The notes beneath the pieces were generated by a model, which did no database searches, was not told where the DNA came from, and worked only from the letters and a program-made list of their open reading frames with translations. Positions 48,073 to 55,994 of a stretch of DNA of 64,000 nt are shown piece by piece. The stretch's first letter is position 1, and each line of letters opens with the position of its first letter. Made by a program: the position numbers and the translations under genes. The DNA is from a bacterium (GTDB lineage Bacteria; Patescibacteriota; UBA1384; CAILIB01). The stretch is taken from NCBI GenBank assembly GCA_037131105.1, contig JBAXRQ010000001.1, positions 258,039 to 322,038 on the forward strand. Reading direction: 5' to 3'.

Positions 48073-48266
48073 AGGTTAAAACTACGTCATCTAATCTTGA
48101 CCCTCAACGGATTGTAAAAGATGCCGGTCAAGTTTTAGATGAAATGGTATCAGGTCTCTTGGATGAACTTGAGATTCCGCAAAACGATAGAGAGAGATTC
48201 ATATCTGATCTAAAACGAATGATTAATATTTCCTTTGATGAATATTTTGATCAGCTAGGTAGTTAA
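48069..48266 (+). CDS. Small hypothetical protein coupled to the recombinase gene
   Basis: 65 aa; ATGA overlap with the RHH gene; ends 4 nt before the LSR start. Confidence 0.55.
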   Translation: MKVKTTSSNLDPQRIVKDAGQVLDEMVSGLLDELEIPQNDRERFISDLKRMINISFDEYFDQLGS

Positions 48267-48270
48267 TTAT

Positions 48271-49875
48271 ATGGTATACGCCTTCATCTACACTCGGGTA
48301 AGTAGCGAACGTCAGGTTACAGAGGGAAACGGCACTCAGAGCCAAGAACAGCGTTGTCGCTCATATGCCAAATTTCAAGGCTATCAGGTGAAGTTGGTTG
48401 TCCCTGATGATGGGGTTTCCGGTGCAATATTAAATCGGCCAGGAATGAGGAAGCTACTAGAAGAGCTACGAACATTCTCAGGTGAAAAGGTGGTTATTAT
48501 TGATGATATCTCCCGTTTAGCAAGGGATATTAAAACCCATATTGAACTTCGTGCGGCAATTGCTACTTGTGGGGCAACTTTGGAATCTCCTAATATGAAG
48601 TTTGAAGAAACGGCGGTAGGTGAATATATAGAAATGATAATGGCTGCAACCGCTCAATTTCAGAGAAAAGGAAATAGGGAGCAGGTAATTAATCGCCAAC
48701 GTGCCCGCCTTGAAATGGGGTATTGGACGTTCCATGCTCCCCTTGGGCTACATTATGAAAAGCATCCTCTTCATAAAAAGCTTATCACACCAGATCAGAC
48801 AGCTTACAAATTAGCCGAAGGCCTTGAGCGGTATGCTATTGGGTCAATATCCACAAAAAGGGCACTTGCTACACACCTGATTAAAAATGGCTTCTTTGTA
48901 GATGCTCCGTTGGATATTATAGAAAAAAAGCTAACGAGAGTCTTTGATAACTTAAGCCTTTATGCGGGTTATATTGAGTATCCTGCGTGGAACATTGAGA
49001 AAGTAAAGGGTCGTCATACGGCCATAATAGGTGATGACATATATAACCTATTATTGGGAAGAGAGGGTAATCTTCCTGAGCGGCTAGGGAATAGGACACA
49101 ACCTAACTCAGAGTTTATTCTTCGTAACTTTGTACGGTGTCCGCATTGTATGTATGGCTTTACTGCATCTTATGCCAAACCAGGGAAAAAGTTTCCACGG
49201 TATTATTGTCGTAATCAAAAATGTGCCTACTACGGTCGGACTGTACGGAGAGATATTCTGACTGATAAGTTTGAGGAGCTTCTTAAGTCCCTAGAGGCAA
49301 AAGATGGGCTAATACAGCTTCTAGAGAGACTTAGTAAGGAGGAGTGGACTAAAAAACTAGAGAGCTGGGAAAGAACCGGTAAATTATCTGAGCAAAGAGT
49401 GGAGGAATATTCTAGGGAATTGGCGAGAGCTACTAAGCGCTTGTTAAAAACTACGAATGAGCATGTTGCAGAAGAGATTGAGATAGAAATTGATAAGCTG
49501 CGGGCACAACAGAAAGGTCTTGAAATAGACGTGAGTAAATACCGTCAGTCTCCTCCTAACTTCGAAGAGGCTTTGGGGCGTGTTAGCACTCTTCTTAAGA
49601 GCCCTTACTCCTATTGGAAATCAGGTTCAGATGAACAAAAAAGAACGGTTCACAATATAGTGTTTACCGTTCCCCCTTCCTATGACATAACTAAAGGAGT
49701 TTACACCGTTAGTTATGCGCTTCCATACCAGGTTTTAAATACTCTGAAAGAAGATAGATCTCGGGTGGTGGACCAGAGCCTAAAAACTTGGAACACCTTT
49801 TTCAAGTATGTGGAGGAGTGGGAGCCGAAGCTGGAAGAGATTTACGGCAATTTAGACTACTCAAATGGCTTTTAA
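48271..49875 (+). CDS. Large serine recombinase whose 3' end crosses the att core
   Basis: YTRVSS, DDISRLAR, CPHC...YYC...C; the last ~35 codons follow TGGTGGA at 49766-49772. Confidence 0.95.
   Translation: MVYAFIYTRVSSERQVTEGNGTQSQEQRCRSYAKFQGYQVKLVVPDDGVSGAILNRPGMRKLLEELRTFSGEKVVIIDDISRLARDIKTHIELRAAIATCGATLESPNMKFEETAVGEYIEMIMAATAQFQRKGNREQVINRQRARLEMGYWTFHAPLGLHYEKHPLHKKLITPDQTAYKLAEGLERYAIGSISTKRALATHLIKNGFFVDAPLDIIEKKLTRVFDNLSLYAGYIEYPAWNIEKVKGRHTAIIGDDIYNLLLGREGNLPERLGNRTQPNSEFILRNFVRCPHCMYGFTASYAKPGKKFPRYYCRNQKCAYYGRTVRRDILTDKFEELLKSLEAKDGLIQLLERLSKEEWTKKLESWERTGKLSEQRVEEYSRELARATKRLLKTTNEHVAEEIEIEIDKLRAQQKGLEIDVSKYRQSPPNFEEALGRVSTLLKSPYSYWKSGSDEQKRTVHNIVFTVPPSYDITKGVYTVSYALPYQVLNTLKEDRSRVVDQSLKTWNTFFKYVEEWEPKLEEIYGNLDYSNGF
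49766..49875 (+). repeat. att/recombinase-tail repeat 1
   Basis: TGGTGGACCAGAGCCTAAAAACTTGGAACAC...TGGGAGCCGA; encodes VDQSLKTWNTFFKYVEEWEPKLEEIY. Confidence 0.9.
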
Positions 49876-49880
49876 TTCAA

Positions 49881-50336
49881 TTAGATACCATCCTGGCTTT
49901 CCTGGTACTGTCCGAATACTTTTTCGTATACAAGCGAAGCGGTATCCAGTCGGCCTTGAGCAGCATATTTGTCGTCGGTGCCAGCGTTTTCAAGCTCAGT
50001 CCTGAAGTTCTCTTTAAAGTTTTCGAGAGCATCGGCCAAAAGGCTGATCTCTTGGTGGGAGAGTGCTTCGTCATCACCTAGCTTCAGCCCGATTTCACCG
50101 ATAGTGCTAAGTTTTCTTGCTACGCTAGCTTTTTCGCTGGAAGTATCTACGCCATCTTCACGCTGCTGTCTAAAGTATTCCCTTTCTTTCGTCATTAGCT
50201 CCTTTTGCATTCGGTCCAGCGCAGCATACATAGTCGTTTTTTCCTTCTCAGAATATAAACCCTGAACTTCCGGTGCCTTAACTGCCTCGTTGGCTGTCAC
50301 TTTAATATCTTCTGGTTGATATCCTTCTATACTCAT
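49881..50336 (-). CDS. Hypothetical helical protein (cassette 1 cargo)
   Basis: 151-aa ORF between att repeats 1 and 2. Confidence 0.7.
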   Translation of the reverse strand: MSIEGYQPEDIKVTANEAVKAPEVQGLYSEKEKTTMYAALDRMQKELMTKEREYFRQQREDGVDTSSEKASVARKLSTIGEIGLKLGDDEALSHQEISLLADALENFKENFRTELENAGTDDKYAAQGRLDTASLVYEKVFGQYQESQDGI

Positions 50337-50476
50337 AAAGATCTTTTAGATTGAATTATGCTGTTATATTACCATAAAAGTATTTATAAGATCCTAGATA
50401 CCAAAAAACAGCCTGTTAGGCTGCTCTGGGTTCCAAGTGTCAGTTTGGTGTCGCCGGATTAAACCTGGAAAAATCG

Positions 50477-50595
50477 TGGTGGACCAGAGCCGAAAAACTT
50501 GGAACACATTCTTTGAGTACGTAACAGATTGGGAGCCGAAATTAAGGCAGGTTTACGACTATGAACCTAAAGCAAGGACCGATCCACCAGGATGA
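50477..50595 (+). repeat. att/recombinase-tail repeat 2
   Basis: TGGTGGACCAGAGCCGAAAAACTTGGAACAC; open frame VDQSRKTWNTFFEYVTDWEPKLRQVY...stop. Confidence 0.9.
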
Positions 50596-50699
50596 GTTGT
50601 GTTGTTTAATGGATCAACGTACCTGAAAAATTCACAATAAAAATTGCCCCGACAGGCTGCTATGCAGTGATCTGACGGGGCGGTGGGTGCGATTTGGGC

Positions 50700-51032
50700 T
50701 TAGTACTTTGGCTCGTACTCGCCGACCGACGCTACAGTCTGCTCGAATAGTACGACCTTCTTCCTGAGTACCATGCGGGCGACCCTGGCCCAGCCCTCTG
50801 CGTCGCTGACGCTAAGATGGGGATTGCTTTCATCCATGCAGACGAAGCCTTGCTTCAGGTCCGGGACCTTCAGGCCGACGAGATCGAGGAACTCGGTGAG
50901 CGAGACCGCGTTCTGCGGATGCATCTCCGGGCTACGCAGGCTGACCAGGATCTGGTCTGGCCGCATCCTGTCCCTCATCGAGACATAGACTGTTTCCGCT
51001 GCCTTGGCTTCTTCGGTTGTAAAGTGCTTCAT
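50700..51032 (-). CDS. Hypothetical protein (cassette 2 cargo)
   Basis: 110 aa from MKHFTT, GGAGG RBS, own promoter and downstream hairpin. Confidence 0.7.
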   Translation of the reverse strand: MKHFTTEEAKAAETVYVSMRDRMRPDQILVSLRSPEMHPQNAVSLTEFLDLVGLKVPDLKQGFVCMDESNPHLSVSDAEGWARVARMVLRKKVVLFEQTVASVGEYEPKY

Positions 51033-51063
51033 ATCCTTCCTCCTTGGAATGAGATTCAGCGCG

Positions 51064-51092
51064 AATATAACCCGAATTCGTCCAATTGTCAA
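51064..51092 (-). promoter_or_regulatory. Sigma-70 promoter of the cassette 2 gene
   Basis: TTGACA-17 nt-TATATT on the minus strand. Confidence 0.65.
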
Positions 51093-51167
51093 GGAGTATA
51101 CGAAAAAAGCCTAGCAGAAAGTGTAGATTACACGTAATAGTTAGACTGTTTTCTACTCTGTAAAAAG

Positions 51168-51390
51168 TGGTGGAGGTGGGAGAATCGCACGTGGCTCTCT
51201 TGCCGCTCGGGTTGGGAACCCTCGCTGGCTCGCTCCCAGGAAACCCACGGTTTCCTTGACGCCGCTGGTGCGGCTACCTTCCTCCACGGAAAAACTCCCG
51301 TTTTCCCGACCCCTTTCCCCGTGTGACTCTCTTTCCTGAAAACTTTACCAACATAAAAACAGCTCTGAGAGCTGTGTTTATGTTGGTGGA
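51168..51390. repeat. tmRNA-3'-anchored palindromic element plus duplicated terminator
   Basis: TGGTGGAGGTGGGAGAATCGCAC mimics the tmRNA 3' end; shared body motifs; 44 nt at 51347-51390 are identical to 52646-52689. Confidence 0.85.
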
Positions 51391-51487
51391 CCAGAGCTTA
51401 AAAACTTGGAACACTTTTCTTGAGTGCGTATGGGATTGGGAGCCGATGCTGAGGGAGATCTATGGGGATTTGAATCAAGAGGGCTGA
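51384..51487 (+). repeat. att/recombinase-tail repeat 3
   Basis: TGGTGGACCAGAGCTTAAAAACTTGGAACAC; open frame VDQSLKTWNTFLECVWDWEPMLREIY...stop. Confidence 0.9.
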
Positions 51488-51591
51488 CTTGAATGCACTA
51501 AATGGTGTAAAGTTCGTACATTCACAATACGGTGAATTTGCACGTATCACCCTGTGAAGACGTGCCAAGCTTTTGGTGTTATTCTATACAC

Positions 51592-52521
51592 ATGCAAGAG
51601 TTTCCCTATCTCAATACCAAAATTCCAGTTCAACACTCAGCCAAGGAGCTGAGTACTTTCGTCGAAGGGTTTCCTGGCTTTAAATTCTGCATTTATCTCG
51701 CCCACAAGGACGAAGAGGGATGGGAGCGCTCGACCAGCAGGGCTTACATGAACCGCCTATTCCCCCGTTTCCTCTATGTTCCAGTAGACATCCTCAAGGA
51801 AGATGTTGATGAGCTACGAGCCGTCTATTCTCTTGTAACTGTAAGTCCGGAGATTGTTGCCATAAACCAGACCCAGCCGCACAAGAGCAATGCGGTTATG
51901 CAAGAGTTCCTAGAGGAAGGAGATATCCCGGCAAACGTCGACGCCATAGTAAAGGATGAGGGAGGAATGCTGGTAGCGTATGACCTTAACGGACCGTCGT
52001 TCATCCGATGGTTCAAGGACGAGGCGGGCGGGTTCGAGTCGGCAACTGTGCTGCTCGTAGGGGTAGGCGGTGTCGGCGAGCCTATCGCGCGGGCCTTGGC
52101 CTACGAGCACACTGCATGCGTCTACCTTATCGACCCTGTTAGTAAGGTTGAGCTCCAGGCAGAGCTTTCCGAGCTTATGGACGTGGAATACTACACCCTG
52201 CAGCACGACCTGGATCTGCCGGAGACAGTTGAGCGCCTTGTGCTCATCAACTGCGCCGGCAAGGAGGGCGTAGAGGGCCAGTCAAAGGTTGAGGAATGGC
52301 TTACCAGATATAAGGAAAAGGGGTTCATTTTTGTTGATCTCAGGCCTCACTTGGATATTGATATTGTAAAGAAGGCGGAGTCACTAGGGTGGAAGGCTTT
52401 TACGGGTCACGGAATGAATGCCTACAACGATCATGTGCTGGTATCTAAGATTGCGGAGCTGATCGGGGGGACATCGCCAAAATTCGAAGAGTTCAGAAAA
52501 GCAGTGGCAGGGGTCTCTTAG
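51592..52521 (+). CDS. Shikimate-dehydrogenase-like NAD(P)-binding protein (cassette 3 cargo)
   Basis: NQTQPHK, Rossmann VGVGGVG, LINC, FVDL, AFTGHGM; divergent from canonical AroE. Confidence 0.65.
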   Translation: MQEFPYLNTKIPVQHSAKELSTFVEGFPGFKFCIYLAHKDEEGWERSTSRAYMNRLFPRFLYVPVDILKEDVDELRAVYSLVTVSPEIVAINQTQPHKSNAVMQEFLEEGDIPANVDAIVKDEGGMLVAYDLNGPSFIRWFKDEAGGFESATVLLVGVGGVGEPIARALAYEHTACVYLIDPVSKVELQAELSELMDVEYYTLQHDLDLPETVERLVLINCAGKEGVEGQSKVEEWLTRYKEKGFIFVDLRPHLDIDIVKKAESLGWKAFTGHGMNAYNDHVLVSKIAELIGGTSPKFEEFRKAVAGVS

Positions 52522-52526
52522 GATTC

Positions 52527-52689
52527 GGTGGGAGAATCGCGCGTCGCTCGCTTCCGTTCGGCATAATGCCTCACTGCTCGCTCCCAGGAAACCCTCCCCG
52601 GTTTCCGACCCTTCCGACTGTGCAACTCTCTTTCCTACAAACCCAACCAACATAAAAACAGCTCTGAGAGCTGTGTTTATGTTGGTGGA
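52527..52689. repeat. tmRNA-3'-anchored palindromic element and terminator, proximal copy
   Basis: GGTGGGAGAATCGC...GGAAACCCTCCCCGGTTTCCGACCCTTC...GTGCAACTCTC then the CCAACATAAAAACAGCTC/GAGCTGTGTTTATGTTGG hairpin. Confidence 0.85.
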
Positions 52690-53078
52690 GGTGGCGAGAG
52701 TCGCACTCGCGTCCAAAGTGGTTGCGGCAGCGGTTCTACATGCTTAGTCCCGTTCAATTTAACCTCCCCTGAGCGCGGGACGACTCTGGGATCGGCTTCT
52801 ACCGTAAGCTTATCAGCGACGACGGTAGCTGTCGCTGGGGCATCCTCACTATATGTCGCTAAGCCTCTCCGGTCAGGAGGCAGAAAGGTAAGCGGCGATC
52901 GTTATTAGGCGAAAGCTGGTGCGAAAGTCGCAGGAGTCAGCAAGCTGGCTACAGCGGACTTAACGCGAGCAAATGCAGTTGCACTTGTGGTGTGTGTACA
53001 TAGTTTAACGAGGGCAAATACACATCCTCGGCATGCTGGTACTGCGACAGGACCACCCTGTCGAATAAATACACCCCC
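52683..53078 (-). ncRNA. ssrA: tmRNA
   Basis: 5' GGGGGTGTATTTATTCGAC, GCATGCCGAG, tag frame ATAFARVKSAVASLLTPATFAPAFA** (52982-52905), 3' GGACGCGAGTGCGACTCTCGCCACCTCCACCA. Confidence 0.95.
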
Positions 53079-53200
53079 ATGTTGTTAAGCTCCAAGTGCC
53101 TGCTGATCATAGCACGAACATGCCCTTTTGTCAATTGACCAACAGGTTGGGAGATGGTACTACTAGGGCGTATCGATTCCGTATTGAAAGGGGCGTGGAT

Positions 53201-53581
53201 ATGGGCGCACATAGTGCGACGCTGTCGATTGATGGGGCAATTGCAGCTGCCTACTTGGCCTTGTGGCTGATGGTATGGCTGATCTGCCTGTTCGAGGCAT
53301 TCTGGCTTTTTCGTTACTGTCTTGCCAGGAAAAACGGATGTATGGAAAGCCGCGAGTACCGGCTGTACTCCAACCAGGTACTGATGTCCTGGCTGATGAC
53401 GTTCGGGTCGGCGGCAGCGGTAACCCTGCTCTTTTGGGTGGTGGCTCCGGTAAGGAACGTTGCCATACTGTCCGCGCAGTCACTGTGGTACCAGGTGGCG
53501 GTAATGACTGTGCAGGTACTGATCCTGGCACATGTCGGCAACGATCCGCCCATGATCAGACAATACGGAGGTGAACCTTGA
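53201..53581 (+). CDS. Hypothetical membrane protein
   Basis: Three TM segments; GAAAGGGG before the ATG at 53201. Confidence 0.55.
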   Translation: MGAHSATLSIDGAIAAAYLALWLMVWLICLFEAFWLFRYCLARKNGCMESREYRLYSNQVLMSWLMTFGSAAAVTLLFWVVAPVRNVAILSAQSLWYQVAVMTVQVLILAHVGNDPPMIRQYGGEP

Positions 53582-53842
53582 TAGCCTTGCTCGGAACTAT
53601 GTATGTGTGCGTCATTACGCATTGGGAGATTTCCGTGTCGGTGCTGGTCTGTCTTGGGACGGCGTATGTCGTTAAGGATGTTCCCCGGCAGTATCGTCGC
53701 TAGGCCGAGAGTGATTTGGGGTATACCACGAGGAGGGTGAACATGATTCCGATCTGCTTTGAGTTGAGGCTGTATGAAGACGATGATGGCTATTATGCCT
53801 ACAGAAGGAGAAAGCTGAAGAAGCGACGACCTTCTACTGGAG

Positions 53843-54217
53843 GTGGATGGCATGGATAGTCTGGGTATGCTGGCGACAGCGGTGCTTGTCGGCCTCGTCG
53901 CAACGGCTATGGAAGCGGCAGTACTGTGCCTGCTGCAGTTTGTTCAGTGGCGGCTGGAGGAGCGCTTTTCCTGGGGAATGGACAGTGAGGAACGTTTCAA
54001 TAGTTTTCTTCGCGACCTGGTCCTGATGAAGCTTTCTGCTTCAGTCCTGCTCATGGTAGCATTCGTGGCTTTTCCGGAACCGTTGTCATGGTTCGGGGTA
54101 GCGCTTGGCTGCAACGCCGTGTTCAAATGGCTGCTCATCATCAAGAGACGTGAGTCGCAGCTTGGCTGGGCAGTGTATGGGAAACTCTTTAAGGGAGGAG
54201 GATACGCCTGCGCGTAA
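53843..54217 (+). CDS. Hypothetical membrane protein
   Basis: Three TM segments, GGAGG RBS. Confidence 0.55.
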   Translation: MDGMDSLGMLATAVLVGLVATAMEAAVLCLLQFVQWRLEERFSWGMDSEERFNSFLRDLVLMKLSASVLLMVAFVAFPEPLSWFGVALGCNAVFKWLLIIKRRESQLGWAVYGKLFKGGGYACA

Positions 54218-54304
54218 GTCAGGATAGGAATGGTTGTCGTTTAGAGTCGCCGGTCCCCTGTGGGCCGGCGCTTCTTTTTACTCTGTAAACCTTGACTTTT
54301 ACCC

Positions 54305-54324
54305 ATGTAAATTATACTTTACAT
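54305..54324. promoter_or_regulatory. Palindromic operator
   Basis: ATGTAAA-TTATAC-TTTACAT just upstream of the HTH-Hsp20 gene. Confidence 0.55.
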
Positions 54325-54329
54325 CTGAT

Positions 54330-54968
54330 ATGTCCGAACCACGCCACGTTATTCACATCCGTATCCGCGACCTGCGCCGCGAGCGGGCCCTGACCCAGGA
54401 GGAGCTGGCCGAGGCCCTGGGCCTTTCCCGCCAGTCCATCAACGCCATGGAGGCCGGCCGTTGCTTGCCTTCCTTGCCGGTCGCCCTGCAGATCGCCTCG
54501 TACTTCTCGGTGCCCCTCGGCACTATCTTCGGAGTGGACGAACGCAGCGCCATGACCTCTGCCCTGATTCCCTGGACGCCACTGCGCGACCTACGTGAGT
54601 CATTGGCCGGACTTGAGGACGAACGACTGCGCTGGCTGCCGGCACCCACCCCCATCCTTCCCACCGCCAACCTGCGCCAGGACGAGCACAGCATCCAGAT
54701 AGAGCTTTGCCTGCCCGGCTACCGCAAAGAGGATCTGGCCATCGAGGTGGGCGAGGACTTCGTGACTGTGGCCGGACAGCCCAGCTTCACTGAGATCGAC
54801 TCATATATGCGCCAGGAGTTCATGCTGCAGGAGTTCCAGCGCACCATCTCATTGCCTTCCTCTGTGTACTCTGACCGGGCCGAGGCTAAGATGGAGGATG
54901 GTATCCTGCGCATTACCGTGCCGCGTCGGGAAGAGCGTTCCCGCAGCTCCCGCATTACTATTAGCTAG
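54330..54968 (+). CDS. XRE-type HTH fused to an Hsp20/alpha-crystallin domain
   Basis: LTQEELAEALGLSRQSINAME...PSL; then ELCLPGYRKEDL, FQRTISLP, MEDGILRITVP. Confidence 0.88.
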   Translation: MSEPRHVIHIRIRDLRRERALTQEELAEALGLSRQSINAMEAGRCLPSLPVALQIASYFSVPLGTIFGVDERSAMTSALIPWTPLRDLRESLAGLEDERLRWLPAPTPILPTANLRQDEHSIQIELCLPGYRKEDLAIEVGEDFVTVAGQPSFTEIDSYMRQEFMLQEFQRTISLPSSVYSDRAEAKMEDGILRITVPRREERSRSSRITIS

Positions 54969-54971
54969 AAT

Positions 54972-55940
54972 ATGAAGAAGACTTCGCCTGTCATGGATCG
55001 GCTGAAGTCTCTCTGGCCTTGGGGCATTATTATCATCTCGATAGGCGTCGGCCTGGGCCTCAGCGGCTACCAGCTTGTTCAGCATGTAAGGGCCTTGGCT
55101 AGCGCCAGTGAGCTTTCCCGCTACCAAAAGTTCCCGGCCCTCAAGTCCACCGACCGTATAACCATAGTCTCACCCCATCTGGACGATGAGACCCTGGGAT
55201 TGGGAGGCTTCGTGGCCCAGGCCCGGCAGCAGGGGATACCGGTTTCCGTGATATTTATGACTAATGGCGACGACTTTTCCTTCGGAGCCGACCTGGAGCT
55301 GGGCACCGGCTATCCTACTCCCCAGAAGCTGCTGGCCTACGGGGCCAAACGTCAGGATGAGGCGCTGGCCGCCACCGCCAAGCTGGGCATTGATCCCAAG
55401 GACGTCTATTTCCTTGGGCTTCCCGACCGGGGGCTTAAGGTACTATTGGACAAGAAGGATGGTACAAGTCTTGTTACCTCCAGTGGTACCCTTGAAAATC
55501 ACTCTCCGTACGCCCGTTCGTATGTCCCAAATCTACCGTATAGTCGCAATGCCTTGGAAGCTGCCCTGGCCAAGGCAGTAAACGCGACCAGTCCCACCGA
55601 GGTCTTTACTACGCTTCCGGACGACGTGCATACCGACCATGCATCCACTGCCCAGTTTGTCATGCAGATCTCCTCGAAGTTGTCGTCGGCACCGAAGCTC
55701 TACTTCTTCCTCATTCATTATCCTAAGTTCCCTAATCCCAAGGGTAGCGACAGCAGCTACCCCTTGCTGCCTCCAGACAAGCTGAAGGACCGGCAGTGGC
55801 AGGTGATCAGTCTGTCGGCTGAAGATGTTGATCTTAAAACCAGCGCGCTGGAGCTGTATGCTAGCCAGCTGATGGTGCCGTTCTCGGGCAAGGGGCTGCG
55901 GGCGTTCGTACGGCAGAACGAACTGGTGCTGCCCAAATAA
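54972..55940 (+). CDS. PIG-L family deacetylase, membrane anchored
   Basis: SPHLDDETLG, TNGD, DVHTDH, YASQ. Confidence 0.9.
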   Translation: MKKTSPVMDRLKSLWPWGIIIISIGVGLGLSGYQLVQHVRALASASELSRYQKFPALKSTDRITIVSPHLDDETLGLGGFVAQARQQGIPVSVIFMTNGDDFSFGADLELGTGYPTPQKLLAYGAKRQDEALAATAKLGIDPKDVYFLGLPDRGLKVLLDKKDGTSLVTSSGTLENHSPYARSYVPNLPYSRNALEAALAKAVNATSPTEVFTTLPDDVHTDHASTAQFVMQISSKLSSAPKLYFFLIHYPKFPNPKGSDSSYPLLPPDKLKDRQWQVISLSAEDVDLKTSALELYASQLMVPFSGKGLRAFVRQNELVLPK

Positions 55941-55994
55941 CACCTTTCAGCCGCCCATGTGAATGGGCGGCTGGGTCAAAACGTGCTGCCCCGC

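Noticed and set aside
49766-51487. Three ~80-nt repeats as a CRISPR array or DGR template/variable repeats
   Set aside because: Spacing is 0.7-0.9 kb with genes in between, there are no cas or reverse-transcriptase genes in the window, and differences are not confined to adenines.
48271-52689. Classical integron
   Set aside because: The recombinase is a serine enzyme, not a tyrosine IntI, and I saw no RYYYAAC...GTTRRRY attC structure; only the array logic is similar.
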